DNA from: a virus
Length of the DNA stretch: 64,000 nucleotides
Direction: 5' to 3' (one strand)
IMG/VR virus record: IMGVR_UViG_3300025732_000023
Span: 1-64,000 of that record
The notes beneath the pieces are model-generated. The model was not told the DNA's origin and did no database searches. It saw only the letters and a program-made list of their open reading frames with translations. Positions 37,091 to 46,737 of this stretch are shown here, piece by piece (position 1 is the first letter of the stretch; every line of letters starts with the position of its first letter). The translations under genes and the position numbers were made by a program.

Positions 37091-38171
37091 CAGGAAGTTG
37101 GAAATCAACATCAACCTTGTCGTACAGTTCAAGAAATCCTTGCTTGCTTACATCATCAAAACGATTAATGCACACTTGAATTGCTTTTGCCTTGTCACCA
37201 AAGATGCTATAAGCACGAATGATGTGAACCAGGCGGCGAGTGCTGATGATTTCCTCAATACCACCATCGTAGAAGGTCTTGCGGATGATATCTGCCCAGT
37301 CCACCAGGCGCTTGCAGAAATCACGGTCTTCTACGCCAAGATCCAGAGCGATGCCTTCCAGGATCTTCTGCTCGGTCGCAGGGGCGGGATAGGACTGTTC
37401 AAAGGTCACAGGGAATCGTTCCAGGAATGCCTCATTGAGCACATTGGTGCCGATGAAGCGACCGTCATCAGAACCCTTACCTTTGGTGTTAGCGGTGGCA
37501 ATCACATTGAAACCAGCAGCAGGTTTCACAAAGCGACCAATCTTTTTAAGGAACACACCCTTACCTTCCAGAATAGATTGAAGGCACAGGATCTTGTTGG
37601 AAGCAAGGTCAATCTCATCCAGCAGCAACACGGCACCACGTTCAAGTGCTTCCACCACAGGACCATTGTGCCACACGGTTTCGCCATTCACCAGACGGAA
37701 ACCACCGATCAGGTCATCTTCATCGGTTTCAATGGTGATGTTTACACGAATAAGTTCGCGTTTGAGTTGAGCACACGCTTGCTCCACAGAGAACGTTTTA
37801 CCGTTACCCGAAAGACCCGTAATGAACGCAGGATAAAAGATACGGGACTGAATAATTTTTTTAATATCGTTAAAGTTACCAAACTTGACGAAGGTATCAT
37901 CTTTGTCAGGAATAAGATTTTGTTCAGTGGCAGGAAGAACGGCAGGTGCTTGGAAAGAACGCTCAATCTCATCAACACGTTGTTGAGTCACTTCCAAATT
38001 CCAACGACCACGTGAGGTTTTATAGTTTTCAAGGCGACGAGTTACAGTTTGATAGTTCAGAGAACGAGAAGCACAAAATCCTTTCAGATCTCCAGCAGTG
38101 ATTTCAGATCCGTAAAGTTCTTTGATGCTTTCAATAAGTTGTTGATCGTTCACGGAAGACTTGCGAGGCAT
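37068..38171 (-). CDS. cobS: CobS/MoxR-like AAA+ ATPase
   Basis: GLSGNGKT, LLDEID, NEAFLERF, ISTRRL. Confidence 0.9.
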   Translation of the reverse strand: MPRKSSVNDQQLIESIKELYGSEITAGDLKGFCASRSLNYQTVTRRLENYKTSRGRWNLEVTQQRVDEIERSFQAPAVLPATEQNLIPDKDDTFVKFGNFNDIKKIIQSRIFYPAFITGLSGNGKTFSVEQACAQLKRELIRVNITIETDEDDLIGGFRLVNGETVWHNGPVVEALERGAVLLLDEIDLASNKILCLQSILEGKGVFLKKIGRFVKPAAGFNVIATANTKGKGSDDGRFIGTNVLNEAFLERFPVTFEQSYPAPATEQKILEGIALDLGVEDRDFCKRLVDWADIIRKTFYDGGIEEIISTRRLVHIIRAYSIFGDKAKAIQVCINRFDDVSKQGFLELYDKVDVDFQLPVDEQQAN

Positions 38172-38203
38172 GATGTAGTTAGGTTGTTTGTTTCAACAAA
38201 GTA

Positions 38204-38250
38204 ATTATACAAGCAAAAGGGGGGTAAAAACCCCCCAATGTGCCAGTTTG
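38204..38250 (-). promoter_or_regulatory. early-type promoter (CAAACTGGCACATT box, -10 TATAAT) with nested hairpin
   Basis: Same 14-mer and same spacing as 40427-40473. Confidence 0.7.
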
Positions 38251-38259
38251 AAAATTGGA

Positions 38260-40404
38260 TCAGGCAACCAACTCCACAAATTCCCCAAGAATTTTTTTGT
38301 TCATCTTTTTGGACTTCAAACTCTTAACAAAAGCAGATTTGATTTGTGCTTTGGTTGCACATTCGTGTACATCAAATTCACTGTCCTGAGCAAGGGCGCT
38401 AGCAGAAAGACCGAAGTAAGAATGATACCCAGACTTCTTAATAGTGAATGCTTTCTCTTTTTTCCAAGAACTCATTGTCTTTTCATAATCAGGTCCAAAG
38501 AATCCACAGTAACGACGAATGAAAGAACCAGCATCACGTGATTCAAGAACACGAATACCAATGAAGTTAATATCAGCAAACCTATCCCGAAGATTGCGAA
38601 GCAGAATGTCAGTAAACTCGTGATAATCACAATCACAAGAATAAGTCATACCAGTCTTACGATCACGAATGAATGCATTAGGACCGATATGTGACGTGCC
38701 CATAAAAGGTTCTTCCTCCCAGCGACGCTGAACTTCACGGTGATATTTGAGCATAGATCCTTCACCATCACTCAATACAACACACTGAACTTTTTGAAGT
38801 TTGTTTTCACTCTGAAACTTTGGAAGAATCTGATGAAGAGAAATCATTGCCTCATTCAAAGGAGTGCCAGAAAGACTCATTCCAAGAGGAGCAGAATAAC
38901 GTACATATGAATTATATCGGAAGGATGCTGCAAGGCGAAAGATATTTTTCATTTGAATATCCAACGTCTTACCATTCACTTTACTAGTAATCAGATTCAT
39001 CATAGAGAACCATTCACCAACTTGAACAAGACCATCACGCTTTTTGTAGGAGAGTTCACGAAGGTTTGCTTTGCCTTCTGCATCATAACTTACAAGAGGA
39101 TAATCGGTAGTGAAAGCATAAACTTCAAAAGGAATAGAAACTTTTTTGCAGAACCAAACAAGATTGAAAAGTTGCTTAACAGTATCCACCATTACATTAC
39201 CCATTGAACCAGACCAGTCCAGCACAAACACCAGACCGTGATTCTTACCATCAGCAAGTGTAGTTACTTTGCTGAAGATATCTTCATTGTACTTATAAGT
39301 ATGCAGTTTAGAGCAATCCAAAACACCAGTGCGAGAAGTTGAGGCACGTGCATAAGAATCTGCTGCCTTCCGACACTCAAACTCTTTCACTAGATAGTTG
39401 ACTTCTTTTTGAGCAGAACGCTTGAACTCAGCAAACTTCTTATCAACCTCACCAAAAATATCATTTTCAGAGTATTCATTTTTTTCAAGGTAGTTGCCCC
39501 ACTCCAAAAGACACTTTTGATGAATCTCCGAGTTAGGAACAATAATCTTATTCAGATCAACCTGAGGAAGTTCAAGATAAACATTCTCATAACCGTCATT
39601 ATTGACTAGATCTTTAAGTGCCTCTTCAAGATTATCCATCGTCTTAACTTCAGGTTCTTCATCTTTCTCAGAACCCTGAGAAGTAGATTGCTTCTCCTGC
39701 CCAGTTTCGCTAGACGTAGGAGATTCGGAAGTTTCATCCTGAGGTTGGTCATTCTCACCCTCTTGCTGATCTGAAAAATCAGAGGCAGGTTGTTGACTTG
39801 CACCAGAATCCTGCGATTCCAGATTGTCCATCGGAGTCTTGGTTTCTTCCTCTTGCTTATGCTTACAATACTTATAAAGTGCTTCTGCAGCAATCAGAAC
39901 ATCGGCAAAGGTTTCGGTTTCTGCAATCAGGTTGATAATCTCAGTCTCTTCACCACGCTCAATAGGCACATCAACATAGTTACCAACCTTGAACCACAGG
40001 TTTGCACGGTCGGCAAGATTATAAGTATCCAGATTATCATCCTTGATTTGGAAGAAATCCTCATCAGCAAGTTCTTTGTATCCGTTATAGAAGGTCTTGG
40101 CAAGACCAGCATAACGACGTTTCATTAGTTTCTCAATGCGAGCATCCTCCACCACATTCACAAACTGTGGAGGAATCTTGTGTTCCTTCAACCAATCTTC
40201 ATCAGGTGTATAAAGAGCGTGTCCGACTTCGTGACCCACCAGAAGATCATAAACAGTTCCACTTGCACGTTCCCATAGAGGAAGAGTCAGAACACGAGTA
40301 TGAACATTGAAACAAGCAGTCTCCACCTTCTTATGCTCAACCACAAGATCTTCTGTGGCAAGAAGTTTAGCAAGTTGGGACTTGATTTCGTGGCGAACGG
40401 TCAT
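38260..40404 (-). CDS. metallopeptidase-like (HExxH) plus vWA domain protein, partner of the AAA ATPase
   Basis: GHEVGHALY, NVVEDARIE, LDWSGSM, GTPLNEA, LSDGE. Confidence 0.85.
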   Translation of the reverse strand: MTVRHEIKSQLAKLLATEDLVVEHKKVETACFNVHTRVLTLPLWERASGTVYDLLVGHEVGHALYTPDEDWLKEHKIPPQFVNVVEDARIEKLMKRRYAGLAKTFYNGYKELADEDFFQIKDDNLDTYNLADRANLWFKVGNYVDVPIERGEETEIINLIAETETFADVLIAAEALYKYCKHKQEEETKTPMDNLESQDSGASQQPASDFSDQQEGENDQPQDETSESPTSSETGQEKQSTSQGSEKDEEPEVKTMDNLEEALKDLVNNDGYENVYLELPQVDLNKIIVPNSEIHQKCLLEWGNYLEKNEYSENDIFGEVDKKFAEFKRSAQKEVNYLVKEFECRKAADSYARASTSRTGVLDCSKLHTYKYNEDIFSKVTTLADGKNHGLVFVLDWSGSMGNVMVDTVKQLFNLVWFCKKVSIPFEVYAFTTDYPLVSYDAEGKANLRELSYKKRDGLVQVGEWFSMMNLITSKVNGKTLDIQMKNIFRLAASFRYNSYVRYSAPLGMSLSGTPLNEAMISLHQILPKFQSENKLQKVQCVVLSDGEGSMLKYHREVQRRWEEEPFMGTSHIGPNAFIRDRKTGMTYSCDCDYHEFTDILLRNLRDRFADINFIGIRVLESRDAGSFIRRYCGFFGPDYEKTMSSWKKEKAFTIKKSGYHSYFGLSASALAQDSEFDVHECATKAQIKSAFVKSLKSKKMNKKILGEFVELVA

Positions 40405-40426
40405 AGGTCTGATTCTTTACAGGACC

Positions 40427-40473
40427 ATTATACAAAAAAAGGAGGTCAGAAGACCTCCTAATGTGCCAGTTTG
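40427..40473 (-). promoter_or_regulatory. early-type promoter with nested terminator hairpin
   Basis: CAAACTGGCACATT, AGGAGGTC-TTCT-GACCTCCT-T run, then GTATAAT. Confidence 0.7.
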
Positions 40474-40482
40474 GGAAGTGGG

Positions 40483-41154
40483 TCAGACTCCCTTTAAACG
40501 AATTCCAGTGATCGGATCATAACCTGGTTTGTCACCTTTGTATGTGCCACCCGCATTTCCTGATCCTCCTTTATTCACAATCCCCTTTGCTCTCTGATAA
40601 TCAGGAGATTCTAAATCTTTATCTTTTGGGATTAATTGCTCAACAATACTTCCTTTCCACTCTTCACTCATATTTGCCATAATAGCAAGAGCTGCTTGAT
40701 TGGTATCAGCGTAACCTTCGGCAACTAGGTATTCTAGAATAACATCAAAAAGATCAGTTTCTACTTCTTCCTTTGCTTGTGCCTTGAACATCGCAGCAGC
40801 AGCAACTCTTTCACCTGCTTCCTTTGAACCATACTGCTTTGCCGCTTTTTCTGCAACCTTTTCAAAACCTTTACCCGGTTTGCCGATATCTTTACCAGCA
40901 CGTGCTTTCTTAGCAAGTGCAGAACGCTCCTCCGCAGAAGGCATTACTTTCTTACCAGTCCCGTGAGCAATTCTTTTTGCTTCGGTAACTTCTTCTTTCT
41001 TCTTTTCTTTCTTCTTACCATTCATTTCAGGAGTCTCTTTTTCAGTCTTCTCCTCATCCTCACACTCACAATCAGATTCAACAATGACTTCTTCTGGTTG
41101 AGCATAAACGGAAGCATACGCCTCCATCAGATCTTTTACTAGTTTTGCTTCCAT
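40483..41154 (-). CDS. late protein with EAYASVY N-terminus and conserved helix module
   Basis: DLFDVILEYLVAEGYADTNQAALAIMANMSEEW. Confidence 0.75.
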   Translation of the reverse strand: MEAKLVKDLMEAYASVYAQPEEVIVESDCECEDEEKTEKETPEMNGKKKEKKKEEVTEAKRIAHGTGKKVMPSAEERSALAKKARAGKDIGKPGKGFEKVAEKAAKQYGSKEAGERVAAAAMFKAQAKEEVETDLFDVILEYLVAEGYADTNQAALAIMANMSEEWKGSIVEQLIPKDKDLESPDYQRAKGIVNKGGSGNAGGTYKGDKPGYDPITGIRLKGV

Positions 41155-41184
41155 TTTACCAATAGTTTTTTAGTTATTTAGCAT

Positions 41185-43551
41185 TTAACCAATATCACCC
41201 TCTGTTGGGGCACCATATCTCCTCAACCAAATCTTAGTACCAAGTTCTTTTGCTTTTGCAGGATCTGATACTCTCAATCTTTCATATTTTTGCAATTCTG
41301 GATCAATTGGTTTAGCAGCAGGTTTTACTGCTGGTTTGGCAGCGGCAGGTTTTACTGCTGGTTTGGCAGCGGCAGGTTTTACTGCTGGTTTGGCAGCGGC
41401 AGGTTTTGCCGCAGGTTTTGGAGAAACACCTGCTCTCCTCAGAATTTCGGGAGTAGGCATTGGATCATTTGGAACACCTTTATTAAGATCTCCACGAGCT
41501 CTGGCAGCAGTTAATGTGCCATCAGCAGTTGGTCTAGGTGCCATTACAGCAGCGGCAACTCCAAGTGGCGTAAGATTTCTAAGTGAAGCAAGTGTTCCAA
41601 GTCCTTGAAGAAGTTTAGATCCACCACCAGGCATTTGTGGTTTTACTGATGGTTTTGTGGAGGTTGATGGTTTTGGTGTCAACTTATCAACACCAGATGG
41701 TTTAGGAGCAGGTTTAGATGCTGGTTTTGTACTTGGAAGTTCTCCCATTAAACCACCACCAGTCATTCTATTCAATCTCTGAACATCTTGGAACTGTTGA
41801 GATCTTACTGAAGTTGCAGGTTTTGCTGCCTGAGTTGCTGCTGTTGGTTTTGCAGCAGGAAGCAATCCACGAACATTGGTCTGTGACGGTCTTAATTGAG
41901 ATTGTGGTTTAACTGCTTGTTGTACTCTACCCCACAAGTTTCTAGCACCAGAGACAGTATCAGAAACTTGCCTCCAAGGATCTGGAAGAATATTTCTAAC
42001 ACCTTGTGGCAATAAACCACGAGGATTCGATCCAGATAATCTTGTTGAAGATGGCAATTCTCTAACAGTTACTGGTTGAATTCTTGTACTTACTGGTTTT
42101 CCAGTAAGTGGTTTAGCAGTAGGAGTTATAGCACCAGGTTTAGCAGTAGGAGTTATAGCACCACCAGGAGTAGCACGAGTTATAGCACCACCGCGAGCAG
42201 AACTAGACGAAGGTGGTAATGCTCCACGAACATTAGGACCAGAAGAACCAGTTAGTGCTCTTGTTGATGTGGTTGGTTTAGTGGATGATGGTTTAGTAAT
42301 ATCTTGAATTCTATTTCCTGTTGTTCCACCTCTCCAAGGATCTGGAGAAATGTTTGATCCCCTAGGAGAAGTTCTAATAGTTTGCGTAGATGTTCTAATA
42401 ATTGGTGCTGGTGACTGTGCTCTTACATTTGGTGCCTTTACTGGTGCAGATGCAGATGGTGCAGACCCTGCTCCAATAGATGTTCCAAGAATATCAGATA
42501 CTCCTGCTCTTAAAACATTTCTGGCAACTTGCCCAGCAGTAACTCCAGGTTTTCCAATTCCAGTTCTACTCTGAACTGCTCTAATAAAATCATTCCAAGC
42601 CGCTTCATTTACAAGTTCAACCATAATTTGGTTGCTCTGTTGCTCAGTATATCCCTCATCAAGAAGAATTTCTAGAACTTGATCATAGATATTAACTTCT
42701 TCTTTAACTGGTGATGATATTTTTGTCCAATCAGTTTGTCGAATAGCATTACGATTTATAATTGGAATTGGAGGAGGAACAGGTCCACCTCTAAATGTAG
42801 GTCCAGGACCCATTGTTGTACCAAAGTCTCCTGGTTTAATTTCTGGTTTAGGTGTAGGAAGGGTAGTAGTAGAAGTTGGTGCAGTTGGTTTCACAACAGC
42901 AGTAGGTTCGGGAGTGCCACTCATCATTCTCTGAACTCTTTCCTGCCCTTCAATACCTGCTCTAAGTTTATCAGGGCCAAGAAGTCTCTTTGCTCTTGCA
43001 CTCATTAATGCTTGTGCTTCTTTCGAAGGACCTGCCATCGTTGCCTGAGCAGATGCCTTACGGAGATCATCAAGTTCTTGTTGAAATGACTTTTGAGGAG
43101 CGGCAGGAGGAGTAACAGTAGAAGAAGTGCTGCTAGGACTGGCAGTGGTTGTAGATGGTTGAGAAGTTACTGGCGTAACTGTTCTTTTACCAGATGCATC
43201 ATATGATACATTTACAGGTTTTCCACCAAGAGTTGCTGGATATTGTTTACCAACTGTTACGGTTCCACCCTTACCACCAGCGGCAGCAACTGTTTGCGAA
43301 CTAGTTGTAGTTGGTTTAGGTGATGTTTGAGTAGTAGTAGTAGCGGTAGTTGTTGTTTGTACTGGTTTTGGTTTAGGTGCTGTAGATGCCGCCTTCAATT
43401 CATCAGGAGTTGGTGTTGTTCTTCCATCGGTAGGATAAGTCAGTGTTCCATCAGGTTTTACCAAATACCGATTTCCACCAAATACGGTATATTGTTGCTC
43501 ATAAATTGAATTATATGCTTCTTGTAAACTTTTATAATTTTTGTCGCTCAT
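41185..43551 (-). CDS. 788-aa Pro/Thr/Ala/Lys-rich modular late protein
   Basis: EAYNSIY start; IYDQVLEILLDEGY module; tandem repeats. Confidence 0.75.
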   Translation of the reverse strand: MSDKNYKSLQEAYNSIYEQQYTVFGGNRYLVKPDGTLTYPTDGRTTPTPDELKAASTAPKPKPVQTTTTATTTTQTSPKPTTTSSQTVAAAGGKGGTVTVGKQYPATLGGKPVNVSYDASGKRTVTPVTSQPSTTTASPSSTSSTVTPPAAPQKSFQQELDDLRKASAQATMAGPSKEAQALMSARAKRLLGPDKLRAGIEGQERVQRMMSGTPEPTAVVKPTAPTSTTTLPTPKPEIKPGDFGTTMGPGPTFRGGPVPPPIPIINRNAIRQTDWTKISSPVKEEVNIYDQVLEILLDEGYTEQQSNQIMVELVNEAAWNDFIRAVQSRTGIGKPGVTAGQVARNVLRAGVSDILGTSIGAGSAPSASAPVKAPNVRAQSPAPIIRTSTQTIRTSPRGSNISPDPWRGGTTGNRIQDITKPSSTKPTTSTRALTGSSGPNVRGALPPSSSSARGGAITRATPGGAITPTAKPGAITPTAKPLTGKPVSTRIQPVTVRELPSSTRLSGSNPRGLLPQGVRNILPDPWRQVSDTVSGARNLWGRVQQAVKPQSQLRPSQTNVRGLLPAAKPTAATQAAKPATSVRSQQFQDVQRLNRMTGGGLMGELPSTKPASKPAPKPSGVDKLTPKPSTSTKPSVKPQMPGGGSKLLQGLGTLASLRNLTPLGVAAAVMAPRPTADGTLTAARARGDLNKGVPNDPMPTPEILRRAGVSPKPAAKPAAAKPAVKPAAAKPAVKPAAAKPAVKPAAKPIDPELQKYERLRVSDPAKAKELGTKIWLRRYGAPTEGDIG
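41318..41407. repeat. 27-bp tandem repeat, about 3.3 copies (AAKPAVKPA-type unit)
   Basis: gcaggttttactgctggtttggcagcg at 41318, 41345 and 41372. Confidence 0.9.
42111..42190. repeat. 27-bp tandem repeat, about 2-3 copies (PGAITPTAK)
   Basis: ggtttagcagtaggagttatagcacca twice plus a degenerate third copy. Confidence 0.8.
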
Positions 43552-43567
43552 CTCTAAAAGACACTTT

Positions 43568-43714
43568 TTAGATATTTATCAAAAAAGAAGCGCCCCCATT
43601 TTGGAGACGCTTCTTGAGTGCTTGGCGACGTGCTTTTGCTTGTCGGAGTGCTTGCGGTTTTAGTTTTCGCTTTTGCTCCTTTTTTGAATGGTGGTAGCGA
43701 TTTGGGACTTGCAT
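43568..43714 (-). CDS. small basic protein (48 aa) overlapping a terminator
   Basis: Manual: MQVPNRYHHSKKEQKRKLKPQALRQAKARRQALKK...; TAATG overlap with g46. Confidence 0.5.
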   Translation of the reverse strand: MQVPNRYHHSKKEQKRKLKPQALRQAKARRQALKKRLQNGGASFLINI

Positions 43715-45441
43715 TAGTCTTGTGCTTGTGGAGACATCATACGAGAAAAACCTTTGACTTTTTCAAACCTTATGACACTTTCAAATTTGTCATGCAGGTC
43801 TGACTTATGAGAGATCACAAAGATATTAGCATCTTTAATCACATAACGGATAATCTTCAAGAACTCATCAGTGCCGAAACCATCAAGTGAAGAATCAAAT
43901 ACCTCATCCATAATCAGCAGATTGGTATTAACGGAGTTTTTGACTCGGGCGACTTCTCTCCAAGTGAAGAGAAGGGCAAGGTCGATTCTCATTTTTTCAC
44001 CCTCACTGAATGAACTATATGAAAAGTCTTCGTGAATGGGTGACTTTACCGTTTCGTTAAATTCTTCATCCAGATTGAAATTAATATAAAAATCCATCAT
44101 CTGAAGGTAACGATTCACCTGCTGATTTATGAACGGAAGATACTTCTTAATTATCTTCGTTTTAACGCCATCGTCCTTGAGTAAGGAATAGGCAAAATCG
44201 TAATAAACGATTTCTTCTTTTTTCTTTGCTAATTCTTCAAATGTTTTTTGGAGATTGGAGCGAAATTCTTCTAACTTCTCATGCTCAGTATTTCGGTTTG
44301 CAAGGTTTTGGGTAATTGTTTGAATTTCATTTTCAAGATCTCGGATTTGTCGCTGGTTAAGTGATATCCGAGTATTGTTTTGAGAAATCTCATGATTGAG
44401 TTTCGTAATCTCCTTGGAAAGTGCGTTGAATTGACGCTCTCGTTCCTGTTCGAACTTTATTGTTTGTTCAAGTTCTTCATAACCATCTTTAAGTTCCTTT
44501 GCTTTATTTTGAGCGTCGGTAATTCTATTTAACCGAAACTCTTCTTCGATAGTTTGGGTACATGTAGGGCATACCGTATTTTCAGTAAAAAACTTATGCT
44601 CTTTGGTAATTGCAGATACTTTCTGGGAGATTTTACCTTTTAGATTGTTTAGTTTTACTAACTTATCACCAGCACCAATAACTTCTTCTTGTTCTTTTGT
44701 GAACTTAAAAATCTTTTCTTCTGTTTTAGAATTTTCAGCAATATAAACACCAACCTCAGAATCTAATTTGGTAATCTTTTCCTTATTAGAATTAATATTG
44801 GCATTACCACGATTTTCCAGTTCTTCGATGAAGTCTTCCTGCATCTTCATCTTGTCCTTAATATTATCCTTCCTCAAATCAAGAGATTTGACCTGCTCCC
44901 TTTTTTCCCGAAGTTTATCCTTTACAAGGTTATTCATTGCAGAGAATACACGAATATCCAAAAGATCTTCGATCACCTCACGACGATTCGATGTCGTAAG
45001 TTGCATAAATGGAACAAAAGTACTACTACCCAGAATTACAATCTGAGTAAAGGATTTGTAATTAAGTTTGAGAATACTTTCTTCAAGGATACGCTGCATC
45101 GCACGATCATCTGCTTCACGATGCATTGGAGTTCCATTTACAACTATATCAAATACTGATGGTTTGATACCACGTCGAATAAGATACTGACGAGTATTAA
45201 TTGCAAACTCAACTTCAACAACACATTCTCTTTCATTAGTTGTGTTAACAAGTTGGGGTTTATTAATTTTCCTGAATGGTTTATTAAACAGAACAAAAGT
45301 CAAAGCATCCAGAATAGTGGACTTACCAGCTCCGTTTGTTCCAATAATAAGATTTGTGTGATTACTTTGGAAGTCAACTTCTGTAAAACTGTTTCCAGTT
45401 GAAAGAAAATTACGCCAACGGATCTTTTGAAAGGTTATCAT
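43714..45441 (-). CDS. g46: recombination endonuclease subunit gp46 (SbcC/Rad50-like)
   Basis: GTNGAGKST, CPTC zinc hook, FSEGEK, IMDEVFD. Confidence 0.95.
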   Translation of the reverse strand: MITFQKIRWRNFLSTGNSFTEVDFQSNHTNLIIGTNGAGKSTILDALTFVLFNKPFRKINKPQLVNTTNERECVVEVEFAINTRQYLIRRGIKPSVFDIVVNGTPMHREADDRAMQRILEESILKLNYKSFTQIVILGSSTFVPFMQLTTSNRREVIEDLLDIRVFSAMNNLVKDKLREKREQVKSLDLRKDNIKDKMKMQEDFIEELENRGNANINSNKEKITKLDSEVGVYIAENSKTEEKIFKFTKEQEEVIGAGDKLVKLNNLKGKISQKVSAITKEHKFFTENTVCPTCTQTIEEEFRLNRITDAQNKAKELKDGYEELEQTIKFEQERERQFNALSKEITKLNHEISQNNTRISLNQRQIRDLENEIQTITQNLANRNTEHEKLEEFRSNLQKTFEELAKKKEEIVYYDFAYSLLKDDGVKTKIIKKYLPFINQQVNRYLQMMDFYINFNLDEEFNETVKSPIHEDFSYSSFSEGEKMRIDLALLFTWREVARVKNSVNTNLLIMDEVFDSSLDGFGTDEFLKIIRYVIKDANIFVISHKSDLHDKFESVIRFEKVKGFSRMMSPQAQD

Positions 45442-45697
45442 TCAGTTTAGGGGGAATAACAATATCGTTTGCTGTAACGACGGCATATTTGTAATTATAC
45501 CTCTTACAGGTCATTATTGCAAGGGCATCATCAACCTCTACAACATCCATTTCAGTATCTTCCTGATCTTCAAGCATCAAAGCATAACGAACGGCATCAT
45601 CTTCTTCTTCAAAGAGGAAAAGAACCTTTTCCCCATATCTGTTTTGAACAGCGTATGCCCCGTCTTCTTTTTGATCTTTAAGAGTCAGAAGAAACAT
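45410..45697 (-). CDS. conserved hypothetical protein
   Basis: GAYAV...LFEEEDDAVRYA; typical g46-g47 spacer gene. Confidence 0.7.
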   Translation of the reverse strand: MFLLTLKDQKEDGAYAVQNRYGEKVLFLFEEEDDAVRYALMLEDQEDTEMDVVEVDDALAIMTCKRYNYKYAVVTANDIVIPPKLNDNLSKDPLA

Positions 45698-46737
45698 TAC
45701 TCAACCTCGCAAGCTTGTGAGTATATCTTTTGTAAAATACCTTTGATGATTGATTTATCACAATCAATTTCAGATTCATCAATATATCTATTCAAAATAG
45801 AAATTGTATTTTCAGACTCTTCAACTTCAAAATCTTCATCAATATGTATTTCAAAATTCTCTACGATTTTGAGTTCTTGAATTCCAGATGAATAAAGTTT
45901 ATCAATGAATTTTTCAAACTTCTTAGGATCAGATTTCTTCTTTACAATGACCTTTACAATTTTTCCAACATACTCACGAGTATCAAATGTTTGATATGGA
46001 GTATCTTCATAGTAAACATTGTAGAAAAGTTTATATGGGTTATTGATCGGTTCAAATCCTAATGTTTCTGTGTCAAAGATATGAAATCCGCGAGTATCAT
46101 TCACATCGTTCCAGAACATCTCATAGGGATTTCCTAGATAGTAGATTTTCCCGTTGTTCGATCGAGTGTGATAGTGTCCCGAGAAGACAAGTTCGAACTT
46201 CTCAAATAGTTCGCTTTCCATACCGTCTTCCATGACGTGCCCGCGATGAGCTCTAAATCCGTTGAGTTCAAGGTGCCCCATCGCACACTTGCAAGATGTA
46301 TTTTGAATAGATTTGAAAGTAGTCTCCTCATTTTCTTGATTAATCCATGGAACAAAAAGTACTTTTAATTTATCTAACTTAACTTCTTCTACCTCAGAAT
46401 AGATTTTGATATTATCATATTCTTTGAGAAGGAGACCTACTGAATTGACTGAGTTTGTATTCTTATAGTATGCTGTGTGGTTCCCAACAATCGTGTGAAC
46501 AGTCACACCCAATTGTTGAAGGCGATCATAATAGTTCTCTTTTGCCCATTCAAGTGCCCAAAGATCAATTGATCTACGGTTATCAAAAGTATCTCCCATA
46601 TCGACAACAGTTTTGATATTGTTCTCTTCCAGATATGGAAAGAAAACGGTATCATAAAACTTTTTAAAATAGTCGTGGAGAAACTTGGACGATTTCCTAG
46701 CACCAAAATGCTGATCTGTAATGATCGCAACCTTCAT
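45697..46737 (-). CDS. g47: recombination endonuclease subunit gp47 (Mre11-like)
   Basis: TDQHFG, GDTFD, GNH, SGHYH. Confidence 0.95.
   Translation of the reverse strand: MKVAIITDQHFGARKSSKFLHDYFKKFYDTVFFPYLEENNIKTVVDMGDTFDNRRSIDLWALEWAKENYYDRLQQLGVTVHTIVGNHTAYYKNTNSVNSVGLLLKEYDNIKIYSEVEEVKLDKLKVLFVPWINQENEETTFKSIQNTSCKCAMGHLELNGFRAHRGHVMEDGMESELFEKFELVFSGHYHTRSNNGKIYYLGNPYEMFWNDVNDTRGFHIFDTETLGFEPINNPYKLFYNVYYEDTPYQTFDTREYVGKIVKVIVKKKSDPKKFEKFIDKLYSSGIQELKIVENFEIHIDEDFEVEESENTISILNRYIDESEIDCDKSIIKGILQKIYSQACEVE

Noticed and set aside
37098-38015. 305-aa plus-strand ORF
   Set aside because: Antisense shadow of the conserved AAA ATPase gene; no recognisable motif or expression signals
37068-38171. 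Cobalamin biosynthesis AMG
   Set aside because: No cobN or other cob genes in the window; the partner is a peptidase-vWA protein
41318-41407. CRISPR-like array
   Set aside because: Contiguous in-frame 27-bp coding repeats with no spacers
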